Below, piece after piece: positions 61,800-64,000 of a stretch of 64,000 bases of DNA. The notes below the pieces were generated by a model. The model was not told the origin of the DNA and ran no database searches. It saw nothing but the letters and a program-made list of their open reading frames with translations. Each line of letters opens with the position of its first letter. Positions within the stretch are counted from its first letter, which is position 1. This stretch comes from Octopus sinensis. Its lineage: Eukaryota. The translations under genes were made by a program, and so were the position numbers. The stretch spans positions 37,572,001-37,636,000 of the forward strand of contig NC_043003.1 of assembly GCF_006345805.1 (NCBI RefSeq), read 5' to 3'.

Positions 61800-62260
61800 A
61801 TGAGCAGGGAAGAAATTTCTGAGGGTCAACATTCTGGGAAGAAAGAACTTTGAGGGTGGAAGGAGAAGAGACAAATGGGATAGGGGTGATATGAGGAGCA
61901 AAGGCCATTATGGTAGCAGTAGAAAAGGTAAGGCGTAGAGACAGATTGTCTATGGCTCAAAGACTGGAGTGTATCTGTCAGTAGCATTTTGCTAGTCAGT
62001 TGGGTGGCCCCTTTCTAGATGCTGTTTAGTAAGTCTGTATGTGCAGTAACAACTCCATCCTAGATATGGAAGTAATACTCCAGTGTGGGTCTCAGCTGAG
62101 TTTTGTAGAGTATCAATAATGTTAGGAGTTGAAGTATCTTCTGGTCTTGAACAGAACAACCAATTGTTGTAATGCAGTCCTATCTATGTTATGGATGTGC
62201 TTTCACCAGAAGAGATCCTTGGTGATAATGTGACCCAACAATTAGGACAATTTTAAGGCT
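61800..62260 (-). mobile_element. Degraded CR1/L2-group LINE 3' region
   Basis: Relic LGHIITKDLFW-KHI...LFKTRRYF on the minus strand. Confidence 0.55.
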
Positions 62261-62379
62261 GTTATCTTGTTTTTAATTTGGTTTCAGATCTGCCTCTGAA
62301 ATAGTAAAAGGCATTTACTTACAAAACCAAGTGCTCCAATTATTATTGGCATAAATATTAATTTGTAATTATTTGTATT

Positions 62380-62810
62380 ATTGGCATAAATGTAAATTTG
62401 TAATCTGAAGGCCATCAGTAAGAAAGTACCTCCTGAGGAGCTCACTTCTGACATATAGGATATTGTTTACTTCACTTTTTGGCACTAAATTAATGTACTT
62501 GTTTTTGCTGCTGTTGTCTAGCAAGTGCTGTCTGAAAAAGACTGTGACATTCAAAGCTGTCTGCACTTATCTCAAGCCCCTACCTCTTTTATCTCTTCTT
62601 AGGTAGAGCCTGTCGATATCATTATTTTTGTGGAGATTTCCAGTTGATGTTAGAATCTTGCAGGTTTTAATGTCTATGGAGTGAATTTCTTCTACAGACC
62701 AGTCAAGTATCCCAGATGTTGGGATCAGTACTGATACTACAAATGCATTGTGGGGTACTATCTTGTATGTAAGAGGAGAGTTCAACTGCCATATTTTTCT
62801 TAGTCTCATT
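62380..62810 (-). mobile_element. R4/Dong-like LINE fragment (post-RT region)
   Basis: GILDWSVEEIHSIDIKTCKILT...DIDRLYLRRDKRGRGL matches the DVDRLY...GGRGL motif of R4-clade elements. Confidence 0.75.
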
Positions 62811-63209
62811 TGTGTGTGTGATTGTGTATGTATGTATGTATGTATGATCTCACACACAATACAGTAGTACAGATTCATTGGCAAAAAATAATCCAATCTT
62901 GGCATTTGTCGGAAAGGCTGGTAGGAAAGAGTATAGTGCCGGCTCTTTGCCACTTGATGTCAGAATGTTTTACATGTAGTGACACTTAATACATCTCGTA
63001 TACAAAACCCATTGGTAAAATTGGCCGAAATGCACCTGTGATACTGTGTTGTATAAATATTAATACACTCACTCTGTTGTTTAGTGTATGAGTGCCTGTT
63101 TTCTCTGACTCATGAATGATGATACACACACATATCATTATCATCATTTACTGTCTGCTTTCCATGTTGTCCAACCTGGTATAGTAAGCGGCCGTTAAAT
63201 GATAATATA

Positions 63210-64000
63210 CAGGGTGTGATGGGTAAATCGTCACCATTTTATATTTTTAATTTAATGCATGCACATAGTTTGTTTTTGATTTTATTAACTACACAGTATA
63301 GTTGGGTCAGTTGGGCACTGTCTGTGAGAAAAACAGTACCATGATGCAATTCACTGCTAGAAATTTGTAAACAACATGCTGTACTGCTTAGCATTCATGC
63401 CGGAAGCTCCAATACAAACATTTCAGAGTATTTGGGTGTCAGTGTGAGGACAGTGCAATATGAAGACACGTACCAAAAGTGATATAAATCAAACATCCAG
63501 TCAACTTCATAGTGTTTGGAGTGATCTCTATTGATGACAACGTTATTCTTCTATTCATCTTCCCACACAGTCTTGGACTCAACAAGGAGGTCTATATCAA
63601 GTATCTGGAGGAGGTAGTGCTGCCCTGGGTCAAGAGGGTGGCTGCTGGGAGACCCTATGTCTGGCAACAGGACTCTGCACCATGCCACATCAGCAGGAAA
63701 ACCCAGTCATGGCTGTCAGACAATTTCTGCAACCACACTACCTCTAACATCTGACCACTTAACTCCCCAGACTACACCCCCCCCCTGATTATTATGTGTG
63801 GGGCACAGTTGAGTGAGAGACCAACAAAACTCCTTGTAACATGAAAGATTAACTGAAGGCAAGAATTATGTCAGCATTCACTAACTTAAACAAGGAGACC
63901 GTCCAGAAGAGTTGCAAGAGATTCCAAAGTCGTCTGGAGGCTGTGGTTGAAGCCAATGGCAATTTTATTGAATAAATTTACTCTTTAGTATTTCTAGATG
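63210..64000 (+). mobile_element. Internally deleted DD37D (maT-type) transposon, runs past the window end
   Basis: TA-CAGGGTGTGATGGGTAAAT left end; VFGVISIDD...WQQDSAPCH...PPDYYVWG; homologous to 9357-10185. Confidence 0.85.

Overview
AT-rich, repeat-dense animal genomic DNA. The SINE/LINE landscape and microsatellites suggest an octopod cephalopod, which is an inference I cannot confirm here. Two host genes are recognisable, both on the + strand. The first is the last nine coding exons of ORC1 (447-15566; AAA+ ATPase and winged-helix domains, all GT-AG and frame-consistent). The second is the first coding exon of FAM91A1 (30402-30473); I found no second exon, so its intron 1 appears to exceed 33 kb. 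The rest is mostly transposon-derived: a 5'-truncated but nearly intact RTE-clade LINE with a PHD finger inside the RT region (58073-61200) and many short copies of it, a young CR1 fragment nested in a SINE, R4/Dong-like and CR1-like relics, at least three tRNA-derived SINE families, two DD37D (maT) mariner derivatives, and piggyBac-, hAT-, Tc1/mariner- and Merlin-type MITEs. The most interesting unexplained structures are two decayed hammerhead-ribozyme folds (one with a fold-back junction at its predicted cleavage site), a 72-bp perfect palindrome, a hairpin plus ~33-bp repeat array upstream of FAM91A1, a possible divergent spliced exon, and a pair of DR1 nuclear-receptor sites. No CRISPR, rRNA or true tRNA gene was found. 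Nothing here is a demonstrated new system; the leads are hypotheses. Repeat boundaries without a stated TSD are approximate.
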